From positions 33,261 through 97,260 of IMG/VR virus record IMGVR_UViG_3300046559_000436: a stretch of DNA of 64,000 nucleotides; one strand, given 5' to 3'. This document shows positions 49,744 to 59,264 of this stretch, piece by piece (the first letter of the stretch is position 1; each line of letters opens with the position of its first letter). The translations under genes and the position numbers were made by a program. This stretch comes from a virus. The notes beneath the pieces are model-generated. The model did no database searches and had not been told where the DNA came from. It was given only the letters and a program-made list of their open reading frames with translations.

Positions 49744-50550
49744 TCAGCTGCGGGACCTGGAGCCAGAGACGGTCCGCATGGACACCGAGCGGTCGGAGAG
49801 GTGGCCGGTGCCGCCGAGCCTGATAGAGCCGGAGACGGTGTCGGCGGTGATGCTGCCGGTGGACTTCTCGGCGTTGATCACCTTGACGGAGCCGGAGACG
49901 GTGTTGACACGGAGCGCGGAACCCTCCCAGTGGCGGATCTTGACCGAACCGGAGACGCTGTGGACGCGAGCTTCCGAGGTGGCCTTGTTGACGCACACCG
50001 AACCACTGGTGGTGGAGACCTCGACGCGTTCGACGACCTCGATGTCGGTGGCTCCGCTGGTGGTTTTGACATCGACCTTGCGGAACCGGCCCTCGGCCAG
50101 CAGCGACGCGCTGACAGTGTCGGTTGTCAGACTGCGGTCGTTGGGCATGCGGATGATGACCTGGACCGGACTGGGCCCCTGGTGAGCCTGAACCTGCTGG
50201 GCCCGGTTGTTGTAGATCTCCTTGCCGTCGGAGTAGATCTTGCCGTTGACGATCGAGATGTTGTTGAGTCCGGAGATAACGTTCCCGTTGAAGGAACCGC
50301 CGAACACGACCATGTTGCTGCTGATGGTGAGGCCCTCGACCTTCACCCGGACTTCGAGCACATCATCGGCATACTCTCGGAACTTGGCGCCGATGACCGC
50401 GTCAGCACTCGGGCCCTCGTTGTCGGCCGTCCGGATGACGACCTCGACCGCGTCGACCTCATCGGTCGCCTCGACGGTGATCTCACCGGCCGTCAGACGG
50501 ATGTCGATATCCTGGGCGGTCTTGCAGCTGTAGATGCTCTGGGTGGCCAT
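49744..50550 (-). CDS. DUF4097-like beta-repeat protein
   Basis: Repeated T(T/V)SGS(V/I) units. Confidence 0.8.
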   Translation of the reverse strand: MATQSIYSCKTAQDIDIRLTAGEITVEATDEVDAVEVVIRTADNEGPSADAVIGAKFREYADDVLEVRVKVEGLTISSNMVVFGGSFNGNVISGLNNISIVNGKIYSDGKEIYNNRAQQVQAHQGPSPVQVIIRMPNDRSLTTDTVSASLLAEGRFRKVDVKTTSGATDIEVVERVEVSTTSGSVCVNKATSEARVHSVSGSVKIRHWEGSALRVNTVSGSVKVINAEKSTGSITADTVSGSIRLGGTGHLSDRSVSMRTVSGSRSRS

Positions 50551-50776
50551 CCTACTTCTCCTTCTTGGTGGGGGTGGTGGCTTCGTACTTCTTGAGAACC
50601 TTGTCGGCAGCCTTGACGATCCTGTCGGTGCGCTTCTGCGCCAGGCCGCTGTCCTTTGTTGCCACTTTCTCTCCCTGTCTGTGAGACAATTCCATCAGAT
50701 CCCTTTGCGTGGACGCAAGAGTCTGAAAATGCGGGAGCCCCCCGGCCGCGAAGGGCTCGGGGGGCTCCCGGGTGGG

Positions 50777-51262
50777 TCACTCCTGGTTGTCGGACTCCGG
50801 CTCCGGCTGGGCCTTCTTGGCGGCCTTCTCGGCCTCGGCGGCAGCCTTCTTGGTGGCCTTGGCGGCCTCCCGCTCGGCCTTGGCGGTCTGGGCCTTGGCC
50901 AGGTTGTCGCGACCGGTCAGGAACTTGAGGTAGAGGGCGTCGCCGAGCTGCTTGGCGACGGTCTCCGGGTCCGAGGACGAGGAGCCGAACCGCAGCTCCA
51001 GGTCGGGACGCTTCACCATGTCGAGCAGGAAGCCGACAGCCTTGGCGTCGTGACCCGGCGCGAAGGTCTTGGAGGTGAGGACGCCAGGGCAGCCGGTGGT
51101 CAGTTCCTCGTCGGCCTCGCCCGTGCCACCGGCCTCGGGCTGGACGACCTCGCTCATCGCGAGGAGGCGCGAGCACAGGCACGGCTGCTTGTCCTTGGCC
51201 TTCTTGATCTTCGGCTTGGTGGCGGTCTCGGTCTCGGCGACGAGGGCGGTCTGCTCGGTCAT
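50777..51262 (-). CDS. CxC...FAPGHDAK family protein
   Basis: CLC...TGC....KTFAPGHDAK. Confidence 0.75.
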   Translation of the reverse strand: MTEQTALVAETETATKPKIKKAKDKQPCLCSRLLAMSEVVQPEAGGTGEADEELTTGCPGVLTSKTFAPGHDAKAVGFLLDMVKRPDLELRFGSSSSDPETVAKQLGDALYLKFLTGRDNLAKAQTAKAEREAAKATKKAAAEAEKAAKKAQPEPESDNQE

Positions 51263-51381
51263 TTTGAATCTCCAGTGTCGTGGGGGGAGCTTTCGGCGCT
51301 CCCCCCGGCTACATTTCTATGATACCACCTTCCTTGCGGTCGAGTCAAGTCTTCTCTGAAAACTCGTCATCTGACGGGCCT

Positions 51382-52314
51382 TCAGAACTCACCAGGGGCT
51401 ACCTGGTTGCACTGGAGGCCGAGGAGACGCCAGAGAGTCACGACCTGATTGCGGTCGTCAAAGACCTGCTCGACCCGGTAGTGGTCTCGGACGTGGTCGT
51501 TGAACAGCGACAGCTTGACCAGGTCGTCGGAGCGGTTGTCGCCGACCTTTCTCATGATCAGGCGGTCGACGGTCAGAAGCTGGCTCTCCAGCCACTGGAG
51601 GGTCTCCCGTCGGCAGGACTCTGAGCGGCCGGAGAGGACCAGGAGTCGGCGACCGGTGGAGCGCAGCATACGGGCCAGGTCGACGATGGGGACACGGGGA
51701 AGGTCCTGGCCGACCTTGTGCCACTCGTAGGGGGAGCGGTTGTGGGGTCCGAGCGTGAGGGTTCCATCCATGTCGACGATGAACGCCTTGGGCAGGGAAC
51801 GGTTGGGGATGTAGGACTCGATGTGGGGGAGGATGTTGAAGGAGTTGAGCCAGTCCGAGGTCAGGCGGAAGGGCAGGCCACCCAGCTTGGCCGTCCTGAC
51901 GATCTTGGCCTGACGGTTGATGACGTCGGGACCGACTCGGACGCCGTCGGGACGCAGGGCGTCACGTTCAAGGCAGACCTCACGGGGAACATGAGTGAAG
52001 TCCTTGACGTGGAAGGAGACGTTCTGGTGACGGAAGGCCTTGGCGATCTGGGAGGGCATGGAGGACGAAAGATGGGTGTTGTCGAAGATGACACCACGGC
52101 CCTCCTTGACAAGGGATCGGGCCATGGCGAGCATGGTGGAGAAGGCCAGGCCCTCGAACTCCTTGGTCCACAGGAGGGAGCCGGAAGGCGTACCGAGAGT
52201 GGCGCGGACGTCATCCATGGAGAGACGGATGAGGCCCTCGGAGAGGGCGAACTCACGAGCCCAGGTGGATTTGCCGGAGGCGGACAGGCCGTAGGTCAGG
52301 TGAAGGTTGATCAC
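51382..52314 (-). CDS. pnk: T4 PseT-like polynucleotide 5'-kinase/3'-phosphatase
   Basis: GLSASGKSTWA, D.DGTL, SGR, MR..GD.R.D..VK, FDDR.QVV..WR. Confidence 0.92.
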   Translation of the reverse strand: MINLHLTYGLSASGKSTWAREFALSEGLIRLSMDDVRATLGTPSGSLLWTKEFEGLAFSTMLAMARSLVKEGRGVIFDNTHLSSSMPSQIAKAFRHQNVSFHVKDFTHVPREVCLERDALRPDGVRVGPDVINRQAKIVRTAKLGGLPFRLTSDWLNSFNILPHIESYIPNRSLPKAFIVDMDGTLTLGPHNRSPYEWHKVGQDLPRVPIVDLARMLRSTGRRLLVLSGRSESCRRETLQWLESQLLTVDRLIMRKVGDNRSDDLVKLSLFNDHVRDHYRVEQVFDDRNQVVTLWRLLGLQCNQVAPGEF

Positions 52315-52686
52315 GAGCGGTTCCTTTCGTGATTAGGGGTTGCGGTTCCAGCGGACCTCGACGCCGGAGGAGGTGCCGGTGATGTCGCGGTAGTCGTCGT
52401 AGAACTCGGTGACGGGTCCGGAGTCGGACTGGTCGGCGCGGCTCTCCATCTGGCTCTTGAGGTAGGCCACGCCCACGGTGGCGGCTGCTGCGGCCCCGGA
52501 GACAGCGGAGGTGGCCCCGTGGCCGCTGGCCACGTGAGCCACCCCGCAGGCCGCGTTGAGAGCCTTGGCGGGCTCCTGGTAGGTGGTGACGGCGGTCTTG
52601 ATCCGGTCCATCATGCCCATGGTGAAGACTCCTGCTACAATAGTCTTGTTGTTGTCGGACTGACAAGACTATTATAGCAGGAGTAT

Positions 52687-53838
52687 TTACACAGAAGCAA
52701 TCTCGGACTGACCGGGTCGGCGACCTCCGAAGCTGGGTTCGAGCTGGCGCCAGGCCCAGTTGGAGAGCTTGACGTGGTTGGCGTCGAGAACAAGGAAGAT
52801 CGCCTTGAGAAGGCGGGGCTCGACGACCTTCTTGGCCATCAGGGCGAAGTCCTTGCGAGTGAAGACGATGTCGTGCTCGCGAAGAGAGGAGAGGGTGAGC
52901 TGATGGGCGTCGTGAACTGACGCGAGCAGATCGGAGTGGGCGTGGTTGAGTTCGGACTCGATCTGGCGGCACCAGGCGTACAGCTCGTCGGGAACATCCT
53001 TGGCGGACATAAGGTCCCGAAGATCCCCACCGGCAGCGAGAATGGTGTGAATGGTCTTCTCGTTAGTCTCGGTGAACAGACCGTGGATACGCTTGTAGTC
53101 GGCGAACTTGATCTTGGCGCGCTGTCCGTTCTCCTTGAAACGGACTACGTAGCCCTCCTGGACAGTACCCTTGACGTTGTTGTCGTTGGCCTCGCGAGTC
53201 AGAGCGGCAAGGGTCTCGAAACCGCTGAGAGGTCGGACGCTGGGACCGGGCCAGACCTGGCGGAGGTGGTGGATATCGATCTCGTTGCCAGTGTCGAGGC
53301 TGTAACCGCCGAGAAGGACGCAATCCTCAAGGCCATCGTAGTCGACGACGATCCGGTTGGCGGGGTAGATGATCTCGGCCAGGTAGGTGACGCGCGGGTC
53401 GAGGAACTGGCCGTAGCCGGACTGGATGTGATCGTCGAGCCAGGACTGGGCCCACTGGGCCTGATCGCTGGCGAAGGAGCCTCGGGTGGCTGTGAGCCAG
53501 TGGCCGTCGAAGTTGAAGAAGATGCCGAGGGAGCCATCCATCTTGTCGAAGACATCGAAGGGGCCGTTGGGCAGCTCGCCGAAAACGCTCTGGGGGCCGT
53601 GCTGATCAAAATTGTGAAACTTCTCGAATGGGAGAGCCACGACCTCCATGTCGTACTGGCTGTAGACCAGGCCACGGCATCGAAGCGTTACCTGGTTCCA
53701 GTGGTTGTCGAACTGGGCCTTCTCGGTGTAGTTGAGGAGAACCAGTTCGGGATGGTCGGGGTGGTGGCCCGCCCGAAGGTAGCCGTCGTTGATATCGGAT
53801 TCGGCCGTTTCCAGGCTGAACAGGTCGGTGATCTTCAC
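52687..53838 (-). CDS. Rnl1-family RNA ligase
   Basis: CRGL, PFEKF.N, KMDGSLG, ATRGSF.S.QA, EIIYP.NRIVVDY, EGYV, K.K...Y. Confidence 0.92.
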   Translation of the reverse strand: MKITDLFSLETAESDINDGYLRAGHHPDHPELVLLNYTEKAQFDNHWNQVTLRCRGLVYSQYDMEVVALPFEKFHNFDQHGPQSVFGELPNGPFDVFDKMDGSLGIFFNFDGHWLTATRGSFASDQAQWAQSWLDDHIQSGYGQFLDPRVTYLAEIIYPANRIVVDYDGLEDCVLLGGYSLDTGNEIDIHHLRQVWPGPSVRPLSGFETLAALTREANDNNVKGTVQEGYVVRFKENGQRAKIKFADYKRIHGLFTETNEKTIHTILAAGGDLRDLMSAKDVPDELYAWCRQIESELNHAHSDLLASVHDAHQLTLSSLREHDIVFTRKDFALMAKKVVEPRLLKAIFLVLDANHVKLSNWAWRQLEPSFGGRRPGQSEIASV

Positions 53839-54295
53839 GGAGTGGGCTCCTTCTCGGACCAGGTAAAGACGATGGGGTACTTGGTGACGAGCCTGCCGTC
53901 AGACTCCTCGTAGCGCCAGATGCCCTCAACGTAAGGGACCATCTGGGTGGCGCTGGGGGCTTCATGAACTTGAGACCCTCGATCTCCTCATAGACGCAGA
54001 AGATGGAGCCGTTGAAGGAGCGGGGGCCGCTGGAGTCGGGGCCAGGCGGGCGGATGAACTGGGTGAAGAGGAGCTGAAGCTCCGTCTCGACATGGTAGTT
54101 GCGTTCGCGCTGATCGTCGGCGACGAGGCAGATGTGGGTGCCGGTGCGCCGGATGAGGGTGCCATCGGGGGTCTCGGTCTCGTCCTCGACGACCTTGACG
54201 TAGACGTCTCGGAGGTCGGGAACGGACCTGAGTTCCTGGTGGGTGAGAGGGGGCGAGATCTCGAAGGAACCGGACATGATCGTGTACATGGACAC
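53835..54295 (-). pseudogene. Hypothetical gene interrupted by an apparent -1 frameshift near 53955-53959
   Basis: Coding-like frame changes at a C5 run; the downstream frame ends in a GTGA overlap with the RNA ligase start. Confidence 0.5.
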
Positions 54296-54305
54296 GGAAG
54301 GACTC

Positions 54306-54815
54306 CTAATCGTGGGAGTAGTGGTCGACGTCGATGCGGTCGGGAGTGATGGTGACCTCGGCATGATCACCGAAGGCGTCGATGAGGACGTTTTCGAAGT
54401 GGCCGGACTCGATGGCGTCGGAGAAGGCTTCGAAGATGAGGTAACGGGACTCGTCGGGTCCCTCGTACGGCTGGCGGACGTACTTGCGGGCGTCCTCGTC
54501 CCAGACGTGGGGATATTCGCCGAGGGAGGGGTGGCGGCCGACGGAGTTTTCGTAGCGGTCGAAGCCGTCGGTGCCCTCTTCATCGGAGTTGAGGAGGAAG
54601 CCGGGCTTACAGGCGGAGAAGGTGCAGGGGTCGCCGTCGTTGAAGTAGGGGGTGTATTGGGTCCAGCGGACGGCGGCGAAGTCGGGGTGGTCGAGAACGG
54701 CTCGGAGAATGGGCCGGAACTTCTCGATGGGCCACTGCTCGACGCGGGTGGCGCCCTCGTCGAAGTCACCGTAGACGGGGACTCCGAAGAACGAGGTGCG
54801 GGGCTCAGTGGTCAA
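54306..54815 (-). CDS. Conserved hypothetical protein
   Basis: W.QYTPYFNDGDPC.F, FGDHAEVT...YSHD. Confidence 0.75.
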   Translation of the reverse strand: MTTEPRTSFFGVPVYGDFDEGATRVEQWPIEKFRPILRAVLDHPDFAAVRWTQYTPYFNDGDPCTFSACKPGFLLNSDEEGTDGFDRYENSVGRHPSLGEYPHVWDEDARKYVRQPYEGPDESRYLIFEAFSDAIESGHFENVLIDAFGDHAEVTITPDRIDVDHYSHD

Positions 54816-55242
54816 GGCAGGCTCCTTGGTGAGGCTGAAGGCGGGGGGTGGACTCTTGGTCGGTCGACGACGGCCCCAAGAGGTGGGAGAGGGGGAGAGT
54901 GGTTCGCTTGGAGCCACTCATCCAGGGGTGGATGGGCATGCCGTCGATGTAGTCGGCGGGGCTGGGGAGCCAGCCCAGGTCTTCGATGATGTGACGCTCG
55001 GCGACGAGACGGACGGGGACGGACACGAAGAGGCCGTCGATCCTAGACTTGGGGACCTTGAGAACGTTGCCGAAGATGCGCTGGCACAGGTAGACGCCAA
55101 GGGTGTGATGGTAGAGCGAGCGATGGCGAACGTCGCCGATGACCATCTTGGAGCTATCGATAAACTCGTGGACGGACAGGTAGTCTTCGGGAGTGCCGCC
55201 CCACTTGCGGGCCGAACTCTGGGCGTGCATGTAGCTGTTCAT
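54805..55242 (-). CDS. DUF6915-like protein
   Basis: HA.SSA.KWGG..EDY...H..ID.SK...RHR...HH, AE.HI.EDLG. Confidence 0.75.
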   Translation of the reverse strand: MNSYMHAQSSARKWGGTPEDYLSVHEFIDSSKMVIGDVRHRSLYHHTLGVYLCQRIFGNVLKVPKSRIDGLFVSVPVRLVAERHIIEDLGWLPSPADYIDGMPIHPWMSGSKRTTLPLSHLLGPSSTDQESTPRLQPHQGACLDH

Positions 55243-55332
55243 GGGTACCTCCTTTCCAACGCCGGTGCCCCCGGCTCCGAAGAGGAGACGGGGGCTGGCG
55301 AGGTCAGTTGTGGCTCCTGGGGGCCAGGAGCG

Positions 55333-55959
55333 TCAGTGCTTGATGCCGCTGAACTTGGAGCCGGAGGGGCCGTCAACGACCATGGTGTGGGCGGTCTTGT
55401 CCCAGTGGGCCGGACCGAAGGCGGTCAGGACGGTGCCCTCCCAGTAGACCGGGTTGACCTGGCCGGACTGGCCGACGCACATGATGTAGGTGCCGGTGGA
55501 CTGGCCGGTGTAGACGCCGGTCGGGTCGGCCTGGCCGATGGAGGTGAGGCCGTATCCGTGGGTGTCGGAGCCGGAGACGGTCTGCTGAGGGTTGGTCAGC
55601 TCCGTGGTGGAGGCGATCGGAGCGCCGATGGAGGAGCACTGGAAGACGGGGTCGTTGGAGCCCATGTTCAGGAAGAAGGAGGTGGTGACGGCGCCGTTGG
55701 CCTGGGCGGCCTGCAGCTCGATGAGGTTCTGGCGGAGCTGGGAGTACTGGAAGTTGGGGACGGGCTGGTCTCGAAGAAGGGCGTTCATGCCATCGGCGGC
55801 GGCCTTCTGCTCGGTGTTCTGGGCCTTGGACTGGCTGCTGTCGTTGCCGAAGCAGGCGGTCGCGGTGAACATCACGAGACCAGCGAGAGTCGCGGCGGCG
55901 ATCGCTCGTCGTGCCGTCGAAGACGGGGCGATGTTGGGGCGCTTGGCATTCTGGTTCAT
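55333..55959 (-). CDS. Lipoprotein
   Basis: Signal peptide ending ATAC; SIG.PI...T.LTNP, Q.DP.G.Y. Confidence 0.7.
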   Translation of the reverse strand: MNQNAKRPNIAPSSTARRAIAAATLAGLVMFTATACFGNDSSQSKAQNTEQKAAADGMNALLRDQPVPNFQYSQLRQNLIELQAAQANGAVTTSFFLNMGSNDPVFQCSSIGAPIASTTELTNPQQTVSGSDTHGYGLTSIGQADPTGVYTGQSTGTYIMCVGQSGQVNPVYWEGTVLTAFGPAHWDKTAHTMVVDGPSGSKFSGIKH

Positions 55960-56008
55960 GGGGTAGATCTCCTGTACTAGAGGTCGGAGTTGAGGATTCT
56001 GCGCGCGG

Positions 56009-56413
56009 TCAGCCGCAGGTGACGTTGAGGCTGTCGATGGTGGCCGGGTCGAGAGTGGCCTTGTAGGAGGGAGTGAGCTGGGTGAAGTCCGAGCAGATGA
56101 TCGACTGGAGAGCGGCGACCTGAGCGTTGAGCTGGGCCTGCTGGTCGGCGTCCTGGGTGGTGGAGGTGGTGACCTTGAGGGTCTTGTAGTCGGCGTACTT
56201 GCGGGTGATCTCGTCGACGCGGGCCTGCTGGAAGCCGAGGGACTGACGGTTGATGGCAGCGGATCGGTTGACGTTCTGGGTACGGAACCACCAGCCCGCC
56301 TGCCACCCGCCGAAGATGAGGGCACCAGTGGCGACGACGGCAACAGAGCCGAGGACGAGAGAGCGGCCAGCGACGGTGACGTCACTGGAACCGTCGTACT
56401 TGACGCGGGTCAT
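56009..56413 (-). CDS. Membrane-anchored protein
   Basis: TM segment then coiled coil. Confidence 0.65.
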   Translation of the reverse strand: MTRVKYDGSSDVTVAGRSLVLGSVAVVATGALIFGGWQAGWWFRTQNVNRSAAINRQSLGFQQARVDEITRKYADYKTLKVTTSTTQDADQQAQLNAQVAALQSIICSDFTQLTPSYKATLDPATIDSLNVTCG

Positions 56414-56415
56414 GG

Positions 56416-56658
56416 TCAGGACTCCTTGTTGGGGTTGTTTCCGATGTGGTGGGGGAACCGGGGGGCGCTGAGGGAGCGCCCGATAGCCGCGAGACTCTGC
56501 TCGACCTGCTTGAGAGAGCGGACTCCGAAGCCACGGAGTCCCCAGAGGTCCTCCCAGGTCTTGGCGCACAGCTCGTCGATGGTGTTGACGTCGGCGCGCT
56601 TGAGGCAGTTGTAGGGGCGGGTGGGAAGCTGGAGTTCCTCGACGGGGGTCCCAGTCAC
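56416..56658 (-). CDS. Stand-alone RNA polymerase alpha-CTD-like protein
   Basis: PVEEL.L.TR.YNCLKRA.V.TI.EL......DL..LRGFG..SL..V. Confidence 0.88.
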   Translation of the reverse strand: MTGTPVEELQLPTRPYNCLKRADVNTIDELCAKTWEDLWGLRGFGVRSLKQVEQSLAAIGRSLSAPRFPHHIGNNPNKES

Positions 56659-57157
56659 TTCGGGTCCACCGGAGGGCGCTTGGCCTCGGACGCGGCGATC
56701 TTGGCGTCGTAGCGACGGTTGATGAAGAGCTTCACAACTTCCTTGAAGCCCTCGAAGGCCCCGCCGATGGCGAGGAAGAGGACGACGTAGAAGACGAGGT
56801 CAGGCCACTGCATGAGAGACTCCTTGTCTGGGGGTGCCGTCAGAGCCAGGGGTGACGGGACTTGAACTCGCGGGTCTTGGCTCGCCAAGAGGTGATGGCG
56901 TAGATGATGAAGGCGAGGGTGGCCAGGGCCGCGATCAGGTCGAAGGCCGCGAGAGCCAGCATGGCCGGGTCGTGGGTCACCGGCGGGGCCCCTTCTTCTT
57001 GTCACGCTTCGAGGTGGCGTTGGCCAGGATGAGAAGGAGACCGAAGACGCCGAGAACGAAGAGAGCGAGCCAGGCCGAGACCTGGGCCTCAGTGGAGGCG
57101 GTGGCGAGCTGGTTCATTGCGTGTGCCTTTCGAGGTGTCTTGTCGTTGTGTCTGAGA

Positions 57158-57820
57158 CTATCTTATCAGGCGCTTTGCATCTCTGTCAATCTGGGCCTGA
57201 AGACGGGCAGCCGCGATGCGGACCTCGGAAAGAGGCGGAGGACCGGAGGGAAAACGGCCATCGGGGGCGAGGAAGAGGACGACCTCGGTGGTGATAGGGG
57301 AACGGAGACGGCCATCGAAGGGGACGGCACGAAGCTGCTGGCGGAACTTGGAGGCCCACCAGTGGGCCCGACGGCAGGTGCGGCAGCAGGCAGAGCCCTT
57401 GCGATTGATGGCGAGATTGGGGCCGGAGTAGGAGTGGCCACGCGGGCACTCCCTGTGGGAGGCGCGGTTGGCACGGAGGTTCTGGGCGGAACGGGACTCC
57501 CAGAAGAGGTTGACGGCTCGGTTGTCGGACCGGTCGCCGTTGAGGTGACCGGCCGTAAAGTTACCGGAAGGGGCGGAAGTATGCCAGGCCAGCATGACGA
57601 GCTGCGCCACGGACTTGGTGGTGCGCTTGCCGTCCGAAGCAAGGGCGAGCATCCGACGGCCACGGGTGGCGACGAGTCTGCCGTCGGGGAAACGATCGTC
57701 GCTGAAAGAGCGGACACGTCCGAGGAAGGAGATGAGATAGGCATCGTAGCCGGGGGCTTCGCGCCAGGCGACCCCGGTTTCGTCCAGAATGTCGTCTTCA
57801 GTGGGGGGGAGGATGCTCAT
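57158..57820 (-). CDS. NUMOD4-HNH homing endonuclease-like protein
   Basis: WR..PGY..Y.IS..GRVRS, HLNG...DN...NL.W....N, CP.GH.YSG.NL. Confidence 0.8.
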   Translation of the reverse strand: MSILPPTEDDILDETGVAWREAPGYDAYLISFLGRVRSFSDDRFPDGRLVATRGRRMLALASDGKRTTKSVAQLVMLAWHTSAPSGNFTAGHLNGDRSDNRAVNLFWESRSAQNLRANRASHRECPRGHSYSGPNLAINRKGSACCRTCRRAHWWASKFRQQLRAVPFDGRLRSPITTEVVLFLAPDGRFPSGPPPLSEVRIAAARLQAQIDRDAKRLIR

Positions 57821-57868
57821 GCCCTAGCTTAACATACTGATTTCCTGTGAGTCAAGTAGGATGAAAAG

Positions 57869-58354
57869 TTAGCCTCTCAACTTCTGACGTTGACGAAAGC
57901 GAGCGGAAGCGTCTTTGGAGCATTGGCGGCAGAAGCGGCCGGTGGGACGTTTGATAAGGTTGTCGCCCGAGTAAGGGTGGCCCTGGGGGCAATGAGTTTT
58001 GCGGGCTTGGCCATGGACTCCGGCACGCACGGAATCGCGAACGTTCTCAGAGTCAGTACCCCAGATGAGATTATCCACGTGAGGGTTCATTCGATCAGAG
58101 TCAAGATGGCGCACGATGGTTAGGTTGGAGGAAGATTTCTTGAGAAACAAATGAGCGACGAGACGGTGTACCTGATGAGACTTGGTGCGTCCTTCATCCG
58201 TAATGACGTTGACAAAGGCATACCCTTTATTGTTAGGGCCGTAGGACACCGCTCTACCGTGCTTGGAGACTCGAAAAGACAGGACCCGGCCATGGCTGCT
58301 GATCAGGTACTTGGAAGCTCCGGGCACGGGCAGCCACCGCTCTGGTGTTGTCAT
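57869..58354 (-). CDS. NUMOD4-HNH homing endonuclease
   Basis: W.PVPG...Y.ISS.GRV, VHRLVA..F, RHLD....N....NL.WGT..EN, CPQGHPY. Confidence 0.85.
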   Translation of the reverse strand: MTTPERWLPVPGASKYLISSHGRVLSFRVSKHGRAVSYGPNNKGYAFVNVITDEGRTKSHQVHRLVAHLFLKKSSSNLTIVRHLDSDRMNPHVDNLIWGTDSENVRDSVRAGVHGQARKTHCPQGHPYSGDNLIKRPTGRFCRQCSKDASARFRQRQKLRG

Positions 58355-58399
58355 AGGATAAGTGTAGCAGTGAAAGTACCTGAGAAGCAAATTAAGGGC

Positions 58400-58745
58400 G
58401 CGGAAGACTGGGGGTCTGGAAGAGGGACGACGGTAGGGTCTTCCGGCAGGGGGGATGGGTCTTCCTATATACGAATGACTACGAGGAGTAAGGGTATTAG
58501 TTACTGGGATTGGACGGGTAGTTATGGTGGATAGTGACGGAAGCACTGTGGAAGACCTATATATATATATAAGAAGACCTAGAATAATAAATATATCTTC
58601 CTGTTTTTTCCCCGGTGAGACGGGGTATGAAGACCAGAAGACCCGGAAGACCCCATTTCTGTCTTTTTTACGTGTGTGCCTGTGTGCGCTGAGGCGTGTG
58701 CGCACAAAGCCACCCCGTTCTTCCCGGAAGGTCTTCCCGCCGCTG
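58400..58745. repeat. Origin-like element B (second copy of the GAAGACC-iteron/(TA)n element)
   Basis: ggaagacctatatatatatataagaagaccta...atatcttcc...gaagaccagaagacc...ggtcttcccgcc, collinear with element A. Confidence 0.7.
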
Positions 58746-58850
58746 GCGGGGTGCGGTAGCAGACGTTGCGCCGTGGCGAGAGTGTATGGTAGAGTGTGTG
58801 TATTGGCCGAGAGGAAACCTTCTCGGGACCTACCCCCTCAGGAGCACAGC

Positions 58851-59264
58851 ATGGGACACCCCGTCATCATCGGCAAGCTGATGGAAGTTATGAACGCCCG
58901 TCAGGGCCAGACCCTCACTCGCGAGCAGATCGCCGGGCTGGCCGGTGTTACTCCGGGTCAGGTGCGTGACGGCATGCGTTCGCTGGTCGAGCGCAGCAGC
59001 GGTTCGGTCCAGGTCGTGGTCCGGGCGCGAGCCTGGAGGATGGTGCCGGACCACAAGGCGTCAGAGAAGGCTCCGGTGGCATCTCCGGCGGTCTCGAAGC
59101 CCGCTCCCGCCCCCCGGGCCCCGGAACCCGCTCAGAAGGAGCCGGAGACCGTCCAGAAGGCCGCTTCGATGCCGGAGCTGCTGGAGGTGCTCGGAATCAC
59201 GCGGCTCGGCGGCCTGATGGCTCGCAGCGAGGACGGCCGACTGTGGGAGGCCAAGGAGCTGTGA
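58851..59264 (+). CDS. Winged-HTH-like protein
   Basis: LTREQIA..AGVT..QVR..M..L. Confidence 0.6.
   Translation: MGHPVIIGKLMEVMNARQGQTLTREQIAGLAGVTPGQVRDGMRSLVERSSGSVQVVVRARAWRMVPDHKASEKAPVASPAVSKPAPAPRAPEPAQKEPETVQKAASMPELLEVLGITRLGGLMARSEDGRLWEAKEL

Noticed and set aside
54805-55242. DatZ HD-domain dATPase
   Set aside because: His-rich but lacks the H...HD...D arrangement; it fits DUF6915-like proteins better.
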